Assembly (NCBI GenBank): GCA_038087875.1
Contig: JAXLNO010000395.1
Coordinates: 124,001-183,851, forward strand
Reading direction: 5' to 3'
Source of the DNA: Malacoraja senta
Lineage: Eukaryota
Length of the DNA stretch: 59,851 nt
Made by a program: the position numbers and the translations under genes. The notes beneath the pieces are model-generated. The model made no database searches. It was given only the letters and a program-made list of their open reading frames with translations, and was not told the origin of the DNA. Every line of letters starts with the position of its first letter. Position 1 is the first letter of the stretch. Shown in pieces: positions 12,075-22,689 of this stretch.

Positions 12075-13247
12075 GGTTGTGGGCCGAAGAGCTTTTTCAT
12101 TCAGGTTCGTGACCCAACTCACGGTACTACCTAAATTTTTAACATATTGTGTAAAAATATTATATAAATCATACCTGTAACTCATCAAGACAAAACCTGC
12201 ACATTTTGTTTTAATATGAGAAAAACTTCCAATTTTCTGAGTAGTACTTGTCCAATCAATGCACGTTTGACATTGAGGTCAGACGCAACTTAACCAATCC
12301 CGTGCTTTGTTTTATGGTTGCTAAGCAGCGAGGACCTTGGGATCATGGCTGCCTCCTAATTACATCAATAGGAAGGTTTCCAAGGAATAAAGGTAATGCT
12401 CACCTTGTCAATAATTTTGTCTTTCAATTGATTTATCTTAAAAAAGTTATGATGTGAACTGTTAAATAAAAATTATAAATAACAAATGTAGAGCTAGGAT
12501 TATGATTAGGGTTAGGGTTAGAGTGAAGGTTATGGTTAGAGTTAGGGCTAGGGTTAGGGTCAGGGTCATGATCATGGTCATGGTCAGAGTCAGGGTCAGG
12601 GTCAGTCGGTCGGTCGATCAGTCGATCAGTCGGTCGGTCGGGCTTGTCGGTAGGCTGATGGATGCTGTGAAGGATCGGTCGGGCTGTTGGGCAATTGGTG
12701 CGCCGGTGGGTGGTGGGAGTGGTCGGCCAGGCCAGGGCTCCAGTAGGTCGTGAGAGTGGCCGGGCCGCCGGTGGATGTGAGAGTGGTCAGTCCGCCTGTG
12801 GGTCGTGAGATTGGCCGGGCCGCCGGTGGATGATGCGAGGGTTCGGTTGGGCTGTCGGTAAGCCGGTGTTGCAGCGAGCGAGCGGGCGGTCTGACGGAGC
12901 CGGCGCTATGGTGGTGCTGAATGCGGCCCGGGTGGCGTGCAGGGCAGTGGTGCTCCCCACCATCATCACCACGATGATCGAGAAGGCCATGCTGGCCGAG
13001 GTGGATGCGCTGAACGGCCACACGTACGGAGCCTGCAGCTGGTCCCAATGCGGCTCCAGCTCCAGCCGTGGGCAGCTCTGGAAGGGGGACGAGTTAGGAT
13101 TAGGCATTTTCCTGTCAGAGGAAAATGCCTTAGCCTTCCCCCCGCCTGGCACTGCCCCAGTCCCACTATGGCCGTGATCCCCACTATGCAAACTGGTAAT
13201 CAATGGGGTTCAGTAAATGCGGGAACCCACAGGAACTGCCCTCAACC
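12075..13247. mobile_element. Putative non-autonomous TIR element with GC-rich interior
   Basis: GGTTGTGGGC (12075) vs GCCCTCAACC (ends 13247): 9/10 inverted match in AT-rich flanks; no clean TSD. Confidence 0.35.
12493..12605 (+). repeat. Degenerate telomere-like hexamer array (TTAGGG grading into TCAGGG/TCATGG)
   Basis: ttagggttagggttagagtgaaggttatggttagagttagggctagggttagggtcagggtc... Confidence 0.75.
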
Positions 13248-13604
13248 ATTAATTAGGCTGGTTCAGGAGCCAGACCTCTGCAGCAGTCTCATTCAAAAAA
13301 CCCACTCACAATTATATTCATTGCTAGACTAAGTGGGACCCGTTGGGTCCCATGTTCACACCGGAGGGCTGGTCCCCCGACGCAATATTCCACCTCTACA
13401 CCAATTCCAACATTGGTGGCCAGTGGGGGGGGCATTCTGGAGCGCTAGTATGGGTTGAATGGGCTGGTTTCCAGAGGGCTAGTATAAACATTGAGGGCCA
13501 AATGGATTCTTGGGGTGACAGCTCAGTCACTCAAGCCTGATGTGCTGGCAGCTCACTCACGGCTGGTGGGCAAGCAGTTGACTCACGGCTATTCCTTTAA
13601 ATTC

Positions 13605-14088
13605 CATTTCAAGCAGGGTGCAAGGCCACCAAATTCAATTGCAGTTTCATACAACTTCAAGCAGGGTGCAAGGCCACCGAATTCAAGTGCAGTTTCCGAC
13701 CACTTCAAGCAGGGTGCAAGGCCACCGAATTCAAGTGCAGTTTCATACCACTTCAAGCAAGGTGCAGGGCCACCAAACTCAAGTGCAGTTTCTACCACTT
13801 CATGCAGGGGGCAGGGCCACCAAACTCAAGCCACTTCAAGCAGGGTGCAAGGCCACCAAATGCTAGTGCTATTGAATGCCATTTCAAGCAGGGTGCAAGA
13901 CCACCAAATTCAAGTGCAGTTTCATACCACTTCAAACAGGGTGCAAGACAACCAAATTGAACTACAGTTTAATACCATTTCAAGCAGGGTGCAAGGCCAC
14001 CAAATTCAAGTGCAGTTTCATACCATTTATTGCAGGGTGCAAGGCCACAAAATTCAAATGCAGTTTCATACCATTTCAAGCAGGGTGA
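13605..14088. repeat. Tandem array, 48-bp unit, ~10 copies (Helitron cargo A)
   Basis: TTCAAGCAGGGTGCAAGGCCACCAAATTCAAGTGCAGTTTCATACCAC; starts at 13611 and 13659 are 48 apart. Confidence 0.92.
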
Positions 14089-14477
14089 AACCATCACAAA
14101 ACCACTATAAAACCACACAAAACACCACATAAAAACCACACTCACAGTTCAGTAGACATTCAGTGTGTTCAGTTGATTCACAGCTCAGTCATGATCTCTC
14201 CCTTCCCCATCTTGCAGAGCCTGAGCCACACCCACACCTCCGGGTTTTATAACCCCCCCTCCCACGGGAAGGGGCGTGGCTTTCATGGCGTGATTGACAG
14301 GAGAGAGGTTCTCAACATATTTTTAAACACTAATAACACTTTTATTTTTCATTGATGGGAAGAATCCTCTGCACCTGATGAGCGGAGGGGACTGAGTAAG
14401 ATGGCCAAAAATCACAGCTGTAAGTGGTAGCGTTTTATCTTAAATCAATATAGAATGCAAACAGGAAGTTGTCCAGT

Positions 14478-14830
14478 TACCACAAGCAACAACTATTTGC
14501 AGTGCAGCATTTCAAAGCAGTTTCCACCACCAACAACCACTTGCAGTGCAGCATTTCAAAGCAGTTTCCACCAGCAACAACGACTTGTAGTGCAGCATTT
14601 CAAAGCAGTTTCCACCACCAACAACCACTTGCAGTGCAGCATTTCGAAGCAGTTACCACCACCAACAACCACTTGCAGTGCAGCATTTCGAAGCAGTTAT
14701 CACCACCAACAACCAATTGCAGTGCAGCATTTCAAAGCAGTTTCCACCACCAACAACCAATTGCAGTGCACCATTTCAAAGCAGTTTCCAACACCAACAA
14801 CCATTTGCAGTGCAGCATTTCAAAGCAACC
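14478..14830. repeat. Tandem array, 44-bp unit, ~8 copies (Helitron cargo B)
   Basis: GCAGTGCAGCATTTCAAAGCAGTTTCCACCACCAACAACCACTT; starts at 14499 and 14543. Confidence 0.92.
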
Positions 14831-15224
14831 ACATTTTCATTTTCAAACCACATTAAGGGCACTCACAGTTGAGTAGACATGTGTTCAGTGTTACTCACAG
14901 CTCAGAGAGATGTGACCCACTCGCTTCCTCCATCTTGCAGAGACTGAGTGAGGCACAACACATCCAGATTTTATAGTCGCTCCCCCCTCACACCAGCAAG
15001 GGCAGCAGAGAGAATGTCAACATTTTTTAAACATTAATAATTGTTTTATTTTTCATCGATGGGAAAAGTACGCTTGTCCTGCGCAGTGGAGGGGGACTCT
15101 GAGTAACATGGCCAAAAATCACAGCCGTAAGTGGCAGCGTTTTTTCAAAAATCATGAAACAGAAAAACAGGAAGTGGTCAAGATCTTACTTTTAGTAATA
15201 TAGATATTATTTTTATATAATATA

Positions 15225-18200
15225 ATTACGAGAGGTAAAGTTTTGGCACATCTAAATTCAATCAAAACAGATATAATATTCCTACAAGAAACACACCTTA
15301 AAAAGGAATCTCAACATAGACTTCAAGCTAAGTGGATCGCTGAATCATATCATTCCTCTTTTTCCCATAAGTCCAGAGGAGTTGCAATATTAATTCGTAA
15401 AGGAATACCTTTTACGCATTCATCAACAATAGCGGATATTGATGGTAGATATATTATATTAGTTGGAGAGTTAAATGGAGAAAAAATGATTCTTCTTAAT
15501 GTATATGGGCCTAATTTTGATAACCCTATGTTTTTTAATAAAACATTTAATATAATTCCTGAATTTACACAATATAAATTAATAATTGGAGGAGACTTCA
15601 ATTGCACATTAGATTCATACTTAGATAGATCATCAAGGCAAAAAAAAGTAAAATCTCAATCAAGTGTATTTTTAAGTTCATTTATTAATACCACTAATAT
15701 TAAGGATGTCTGGAGAATTGAAAATCCAACTGGACGGGAATATTCATTTTACTCACCAGTACATAAAACATACTCAAGAATAGATTATTTTTTAGTTGAC
15801 TCCACGTTTATCCCATTTACTTACAACTCAAAATACCATAATATTATAATCTCAGATCACGCACCTGTAACATTCATGATTAAATTAAATGGAATGTCCG
15901 AGGAACAAACATATTGGAGATTTAACTCACAAATTTTGAACGAAAGATCATGCCAGGAATAGCTTATTAAACAGATTCAAATATTTTTTGAGGTAAATGA
16001 CAACCCTGACACACCTACTTCTCTTATGTGGGAAACGTTTAAAGCGTTTGTTCGAGGGGCATTAATTTCTGCCCAAGTATTTTATAATAAAGAGAACAGG
16101 ATTAAACAACAAACATTGGAAAGGGAAATCAAGCAACTAGATATAGAAAATGCGAGAATGCCATCTATATTAAAACATAATAAAATTGCTGTATTGAAAT
16201 ATAAATTAAACAAAATGTATTCAGAACAAGTAATAAAACTTTATCAAAAAACCAAACAATTACATTTCGAGTTTGGAGACAAACCACAAAAACTATTAGC
16301 GCGTCAGTTACGAAAAATGGAAGGGGAAAAAATAATTCATAAAATTAGAACAAATACAGGAGAATTATTAAAAATGCCCAAGGATATAAACGAGAGATTT
16401 CTCCAATACTATCATAATCTTTATTCAACTAAAACTGTAGTACAACCAGAATGAATAGCAGATTTTTTACTAAAATGTAATTTAAAAGGTTTAGACTCAA
16501 ACGATAGAGAATTATTAGAAGGGGAGATTGCGATAGAGGATATTGAAGAGTCTATTGGTTCTTTAAAAAATGGTAAAGCAGTAGGACCAGATGGTTTAGG
16601 CTCTGAATTCTATAAAAAAAATTATGACTTGCTCTCCCCACGTTTACAAAGGCTGTATGAGCATATCTATACTCAACAGAAACTTCCAGATACTTTAAAT
16701 GAATCTATAATAACACTTATTCCTAAAGTTGATAAAGATCCGGAAGATCCGGGATCATATAGAGCAATTGCACTTTTAAATACAGATCAGAAAATATTAA
16801 CTAAAATACTAGCGCATAGATTAAGTACAGTGATGAATAAATTAATACACCCTGACCAAACAGGCTTTATTCAGAAACGGTACTCATATTATAATCTAAG
16901 ATGATTATTTAATATTATATATTCCAAGAGAATTATTAATGAAGATCTAGCAATAATCTCACTTGACGCTGAAAAAGCTTTTGATCAGGTTGAATGGTTC
17001 TATTTATTTTCGGTGATGGAAAAAATGCAGCTAGGGGAGAAATTCTGCACATGGATAAAACTGTTATATACAAACCCTACGGCTAGAATATTAACAAACC
17101 AAAGGCTGTCATCTAAATTCAGCCTATCTAGAGGTTGTAGACAAGGATGCCCGTTATCTCCATTATTATTTGCGCTTGCTATTGAGCCACTCGCAGAAAG
17201 AGTTAGGGGTCATCCGGAAATACATGGGTATAACACAAAGGATACAGTGAATAAAATTTCTCCATACGCAGATGATGTACTAATTTACATTACAAAACCA
17301 GAAATTAGTATTCCAAACTTATTAAAGCTAATAACCCAATTTGGTTCACTCTCAGGATACAGAATAAATTGGAATAAAAGTGAAATTATGCCAATAAGGG
17401 AACATAACAAACATATAATACAACAATTTCCATTTAAAATAGTAAACGAAAAATTCAAATACCTAGGCATTTACATAACTAAGATATATACATCATTATT
17501 TAAAGTAAATTTCCCCCCATTACTGAACAAACTACATAAGAATATTCAATATTGGAAAACACTTCCTATCTCAATGGTTGATAAAATTCATGCAATAAAA
17601 ATGATTTTTTTACCGCAAATATTATACCTTTTTCAGACAATTCCGATATATTTGTCAAAAAACTTTTTTTTTTAATTGGATTCCATTGTTAATGATTTTA
17701 TCTGGGATTATAAGAATCATAGGATAAACAAAAGACATTTGTGTAAATCAAAAATAAATGGAGGCTTGGTTTTACCAAACTTTCTGTTTTATTTTTGGGC
17801 AGTTAATATTAAATATATGAATTTCTGGTTGGAAGAAATAGATCAACAACCAGATTGGTTAAAAATGGAAAAGGAAGATTGTTTACCTTTTGATATCGGC
17901 TCGATATTATTTGCTACGTCTAAATTAAACAAAAAAAATTATATGGAAAACCCTATAATATTTAGTGCTATACGAATTTGGAAACAATTAAAAAAGACAT
18001 TAAAATTAGATAATTTATCACTTTATTTTCCAATTGTCAATAACCCTTTGTTTAAGCCCTCATGGTTGGACAGGGGTTTTACACAATGGAAGAATTATGG
18101 AATTAAAAATATGGGACAACTTTACAAGGAAGGCACTTTTCTTACATTTCAGGAGTTGCAACAGACTTATGGACTTCGAGGAAATGATTTTTTCAGATAT

Positions 18201-19310
18201 CTTCAACTCAGAGATTATGTAAAATCGAATACTCAAAATTTTCGAATTAGAAATTCAGAAATTCTTGATGAATGTTGGAATAAACATCCTAATACAGAAA
18301 AATTAATACCTTATATATATAATATTTTATTAGACAGTGACATTCCATCAACGGACTTACACAGACAAACATGGGAAAAAGAATTAAATCAAATAATAAC
18401 GAAAGATACTTGGGAAGAATGTTTACAACACATACATCAATGTTCATTAAATGCCAGACATTCTTTAATACAATTTAAAGTAATACATAGGTTACATTAT
18501 TCAAAAACAAAATTACATAAAATCTTTCAACATATCTCACCTATATGTGATAAATGTCAACATTTAGAAGCTAACTTATCTCATATGTTTGCAAACTGTA
18601 TAAAAATTTAAAAATTCTGGGTAAATATTTTCAGTATAATATCTAAAGTGACCAGCACACAATTGGACCTGGATCCAAAATTAATAATACTCGGAACATT
18701 AGAATTAAATCAAACATTTACAACAACACAAAGAAACTTTATTGATTATAGTATAATAACGGGAAAAAATTAATTCTAAAATTTTGGAAAGGCCCTATAA
18801 CCCCCACAATCAAAATGTGGATTATAGAAATGACGGAGACCTTAAACGTGGAAAGAATTAGATTTTCCCTGTTGGACAAACAGGAATTATTTGTTGGAAC
18901 ATGGTGTCCCTTTATTGATTATTTAAAGGGTCAGAATGGTTCAGCACAGGAACCTGACTAACACTCGGGCTAAAGAATGGATGAAATGTTATACTCTGAA
19001 ATGTACGAATATATCTCGAACAAAGTTTTTTATTTTAATACATTTTTCCATTCTTCTTTAACTATCTTTTTCTTTTTTTTTTTGTTGTTGTTTTTTTTCC
19101 CTTTCTCTCTCTTTTCTTCTCTCTCTTTTCTTTCTTTACTTCATCTCTTTTTAGTTCTATCTAGTTTAAAAAAAACAAAAAAAGGCAAAAGGTATTGGAG
19201 ACAATGTAATAATAATTGACAATATTATCAATTAAAAAATGTAAGACTGGTAATGATGTTAATATGTTGTGTACTTATCTCCAATAAAAATATTTTCAAA
19301 AATAAATAAA
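15225..19310 (+). mobile_element. L1-clade LINE, ORF2 (EN-RT-C-rich) with multiple stops, ORF1 absent, 3'UTR and A-rich tail
   Basis: IIFLQETHL, NVYGPN, GGDFN, SRIDYF, ISDH; GPDG; RQGCPLSPLLF; YADD; CDKC...H....C; AATAAA near 19283. Confidence 0.93.
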
Positions 19311-20088
19311 TATATATAATATAATTATACATAATTATATATGATTACAGTCATATTCACATCACATATATACATATATATGGCTGGTCTTCCTGTGTGA
19401 ACGCAATATTCCACCTCTCCACCAATTCTAATATTGGTGGCCAGTGGGGTGGCGGGGGCTTTCAGGAGTGCTAGTATGGGTGTTGTGGGCTGAAAGGACT
19501 GGTTTCCAGAGGGCTAGTTTGGAAATTGTGGGACGAATGGATTCTTGGGCTGGCGGCTCAGTCACTCAAGCCTGTTGTGCAGGCAGCTCACTCACTCACT
19601 GGTGGGCTGGCAGTTACCTCACGGCTTTTCCTTGAAATTCCATTTCAAGCAGGTTACAAGGACACCAAATTCAAGTGCAGGTTCTTATCACTTCAAGCAG
19701 GGTGCAAGGCCACCAAATTCAAGTGCAGTTTCATAGCATTTCAAGCAGATTGCAAGGCCACTAAAGACAGCGAGTCATGACCTCTCCCTCCTCCATCTTG
19801 CAGAGACTGGGCCATGCCCACACTTTTGGGTTTTATAGTCCCTCCCTCTCCCACCAGAAGAGGCGTGGCCTTCACGGCATTATTGACAGGAGAGAGAACC
19901 TCAACATTTTTTAAACACTAATAACACTTTTATTTTCATCGATGGGTAAAATCCTTGGCACCTGATGAGCAGAGGGGGACTCTGAGTAAGATGGCCAAAA
20001 ACGACAGCCGTACGTGGTAGCGTTTTTTCTAAAATCAATATAAAGTGCAAACAGGAAGTGGTCAAGATTAAACGTTTAATTATATAGA

Positions 20089-20562
20089 AGGCAAGGCAAA
20101 TTTAATTAGGCAAGGCGACTTTAATTAGGCAAGGCAACTTTAATTAGGCAAGGCAACTTTAATTAGGCAACACAGCTTTAGCATTTCCAAACCAAAGGCA
20201 ACAGAGTTTTAGCATTTCCAAAACAAAGGCAACACAGCTTTAGCAATTCCAAACCAAAGGCAACACAGCTTTAACATTTCCAAACCAAAGGCAACACAGC
20301 TTTAGCATTTCCAAACCAAAGGCAACACAGCTTTAGCATTTCCAAACCAAATCAACATAGCTTTAGCATTTCCAAACCAAAGGCAACACGGCTTTAGCAT
20401 TTCCAAACCAAAAGCAACGCAGCTTTAGCATTTCCGAACCAAAGGCAACACAGCTTTAGCATTTCCAAACAAAAGGCAACACAGCTTTAGCATTTCCAAT
20501 CCAAAGGCAACAAAGCTTTAGCATTTCCAAACCAAAGGCAACACCCCTTTAGCATTTCCAAA
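20089..20562. repeat. 19-bp array (x4) followed by 31-bp array (~13 copies) (Helitron cargo C)
   Basis: AGGCAAGGCAACTTTAATT repeats, then AACCAAAGGCAACACAGCTTTAGCATTTCCA with a period of 31. Confidence 0.92.
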
Positions 20563-20627
20563 CTATATTTTCAAACCTCATGAAGGGCACTGACAGGTCA
20601 GTAAAACCACTCACAGTTTAGTAAATA

Positions 20628-22243
20628 TAGTGGCTTGCAAAAGTATTCATACCCCTTGAACTTTTCCACATTTTGTCACGTTACAACCACAAACGTAAAT
20701 GTATTTTATTGGGATTTTATGTGATAGACCAACACAAAGTGGTGCATAATTGTGAAGTGGAAGGAAAATGATACATGGTTTTCAAATTTTTTTACAAATA
20801 AAAACTGAAATGTGTCGCGTGCAAAAGTATTCAGCCCCCCTGAGTCAATACTTTGTAGAACCATCTTTCGCTGCAATTACAGCTGCAAGTCTTTTGGGGT
20901 ATGTCTCTACCAGCTTTGCACATCTAGAGACTGAAATGTTTGCCCATTCTTCTTTGCAAAATAGCTCAAGCTCAGTCAGATTGGATGGAGAGCGTCTGTG
21001 AACAGCAATTTTCAAGTCTTGCCTGAGATTCTCAATTGGATTTAGGTCTGGACTTTGACTGGGCTATTCTAACACATGAATATGCTTTGATCTAAACCAT
21101 TCCATTGTAGCTCTGGCTGTATGTTTAGGGTCATTGTCCTGCTGGAAGGTGAACCTCCGCCCCAGTCTCAAGTCTTTTGCAGACTCTAACAGGTTTTCTT
21201 CCAAGATTGCCCTGTATTTGGCTCCATCAATCTTCCCATCAACTCTGACCAGCTTCCCTGTCCCTGCTGAAGAAAAGCATCCCCACAGCATGATGCTGCC
21301 ACCACCATGTTTCACAGTGGGGATGGTGTGTTCATGGTGATGTGCAGTGTTAGGTTTCTGCCACACATAGCATTTTGCATTTAGGCCAAAAACTTCAATT
21401 TTGGTCTCATCTGACCAGAGCACCTTCCTCCACATGTTTGCTGTGTCCCCCACATGGCTTGTGGCAAACTGCAAAAGGGACTTCTTATCGCTTTTTTTCA
21501 ACAATGGCTTTCTTCTTGCCACTCTTCCATAAAGGCCCGATTTGTGGAGTGCACGACTAATGGTTGTCCTGTGGACAGATTCTCCCACCTGAGCTGTGGA
21601 TCTCTGCAGCTCCTCCAGAGTTACCATGGGCCTCTTGGCTGTTTCTCTGATCAATGCTCTCCTTGCCTGGCTTGTCAGTTTAGGTGGACGGCCATGTCTT
21701 GGTAGGTTTGCAGTTGTGCCATACTCTTTCCATTTTTGGATGATGGATTGAACAGTGCTCCGTGAGATGTTCAAAGCTTGGGATATTTTTTTATAACCTA
21801 ACCCTGCTTTAAACTTCTCCACAACTTTATCCCTGACCTGTCTGGTGTGTTCCTTGGGCTTCATGATGCTGTTTGTTCACTAATGTTCTCTAACAAACCT
21901 CTGAGGCCTTCACAGAACAGCTGTATTTATACTGAGATTAGATTACACACAATTGGACTCTATTTAATAATTAGGTGACTTCTGAAGGCAATTGGTTGCA
22001 CTGGATTTTATTTAGGGGTATCAGAGTAAAGGGGGCTGAATACTTTTGCACGCCACACTTTTCAGTTTTTTATTTGTAAAAAAATTTGAAAACCATGTAT
22101 CATTTCCCTTCCACTTCACAATTATACGCCACTTTGTGTTGGTCTATCACATAAAATCCCAATAAAATACATTTACGTTTGTGGTTGTAACGTGACAAAA
22201 TGTGGAAAAGTTCAAGGGGTATGAATACTTTTGCAAGCCACTG
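20628..22243 (-). mobile_element. Tc1 DNA transposon, IR/DR type, full length
   Basis: ~210-bp near-identical TIRs beginning (C/T)AGTGGCTTGCAAAAGTATTCA, inner and outer DRs TGCAAAAGTATTCA, TA on both sides (20626-27, 22244-45). Confidence 0.97.
20845..21864 (-). pseudogene. Tc1 DD34E transposase, 340 codons with one in-frame TAG (W267*)
   Basis: GRPPK AT-hook, WSDETK, FQQDNDPKH, then VLE*PSQSPDLNPIENL...GSTKY* in the same frame; D-to-E spacing is 34. Confidence 0.95.
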
Positions 22244-22689
22244 TATGTATTCAGTGTTATTCACAGCTCAGACTGAGAGATGTGACCCTCTCGCTCCCCC
22301 ATCTTGCAGAGACTGACAGAGGCACTCAACACTTCTGGGTTTTATAGTCCCTCCGGAAGGGGTGTGGCCTTCAGGAGAGAGATTCTCAACATTTCTTAAA
22401 CACTAATAACTCTTTTATTTTTCATCGATGGGAAAACTCCTCTTGTCCTGCGCAGCGGAGGGGGACTCTGAGTAAGATGGCCAAAAATCACAGCCATAAG
22501 TGGCAGCGTTTTTTTTCTAAAATCAATATACAGAACAACAGGAAGTGGTCAAGATCAGACTTTTAGTAATATAGATAATAATATATAGTTTAAATTACAA
22601 CACTGAAATAGGCTCCCCATGGTATCATGTGGGCATTGGACACTAGATGGCGCTTACTTTTTCGATCTCATTTTCTAATTAGTGCAATT

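Larger units (their letters stand above)
13324..15204 (-). mobile_element. Non-autonomous Helitron, copy 1 (composite, two 5' modules)
   Basis: Minus strand starts A|TCTATATTACTAAAAG and ends GGGACCC-AAC-GGGTCCC hairpin + ACTTAGT-CTAG; ~330-bp 5' module occurs twice (~14140-14470, ~14860-15204). Confidence 0.8.
19381..22575 (-). mobile_element. Non-autonomous Helitron, copy 2 (3' hairpin end missing; two 5' modules; interrupted by Tc1)
   Basis: Homologous to copy 1 from ~19381; cargo A x2-3; 5' module ending TATATAGA at ~20088; second module ending TTTTAGTAATATAGA|T at 22575. Confidence 0.78.

Noticed and set aside
12493..12605. Chromosome-fusion telomere relic
   Set aside because: Short, one orientation only, degenerate and embedded in a probable transposon
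12905..13050. Faint likeness of the coding-like fragment to small-GTPase N-termini
   Set aside because: No GxxxxGKS P-loop; too weak to name
13605..14830. Regularly spaced repeats resembling a CRISPR array (also 20165-20562)
   Set aside because: Head-to-tail units with no unique spacers, no cas genes, eukaryotic context
13491..14876. ORFs of 130-213 aa over the arrays
   Set aside because: Stop-poor translations of tandem repeats, open in several frames
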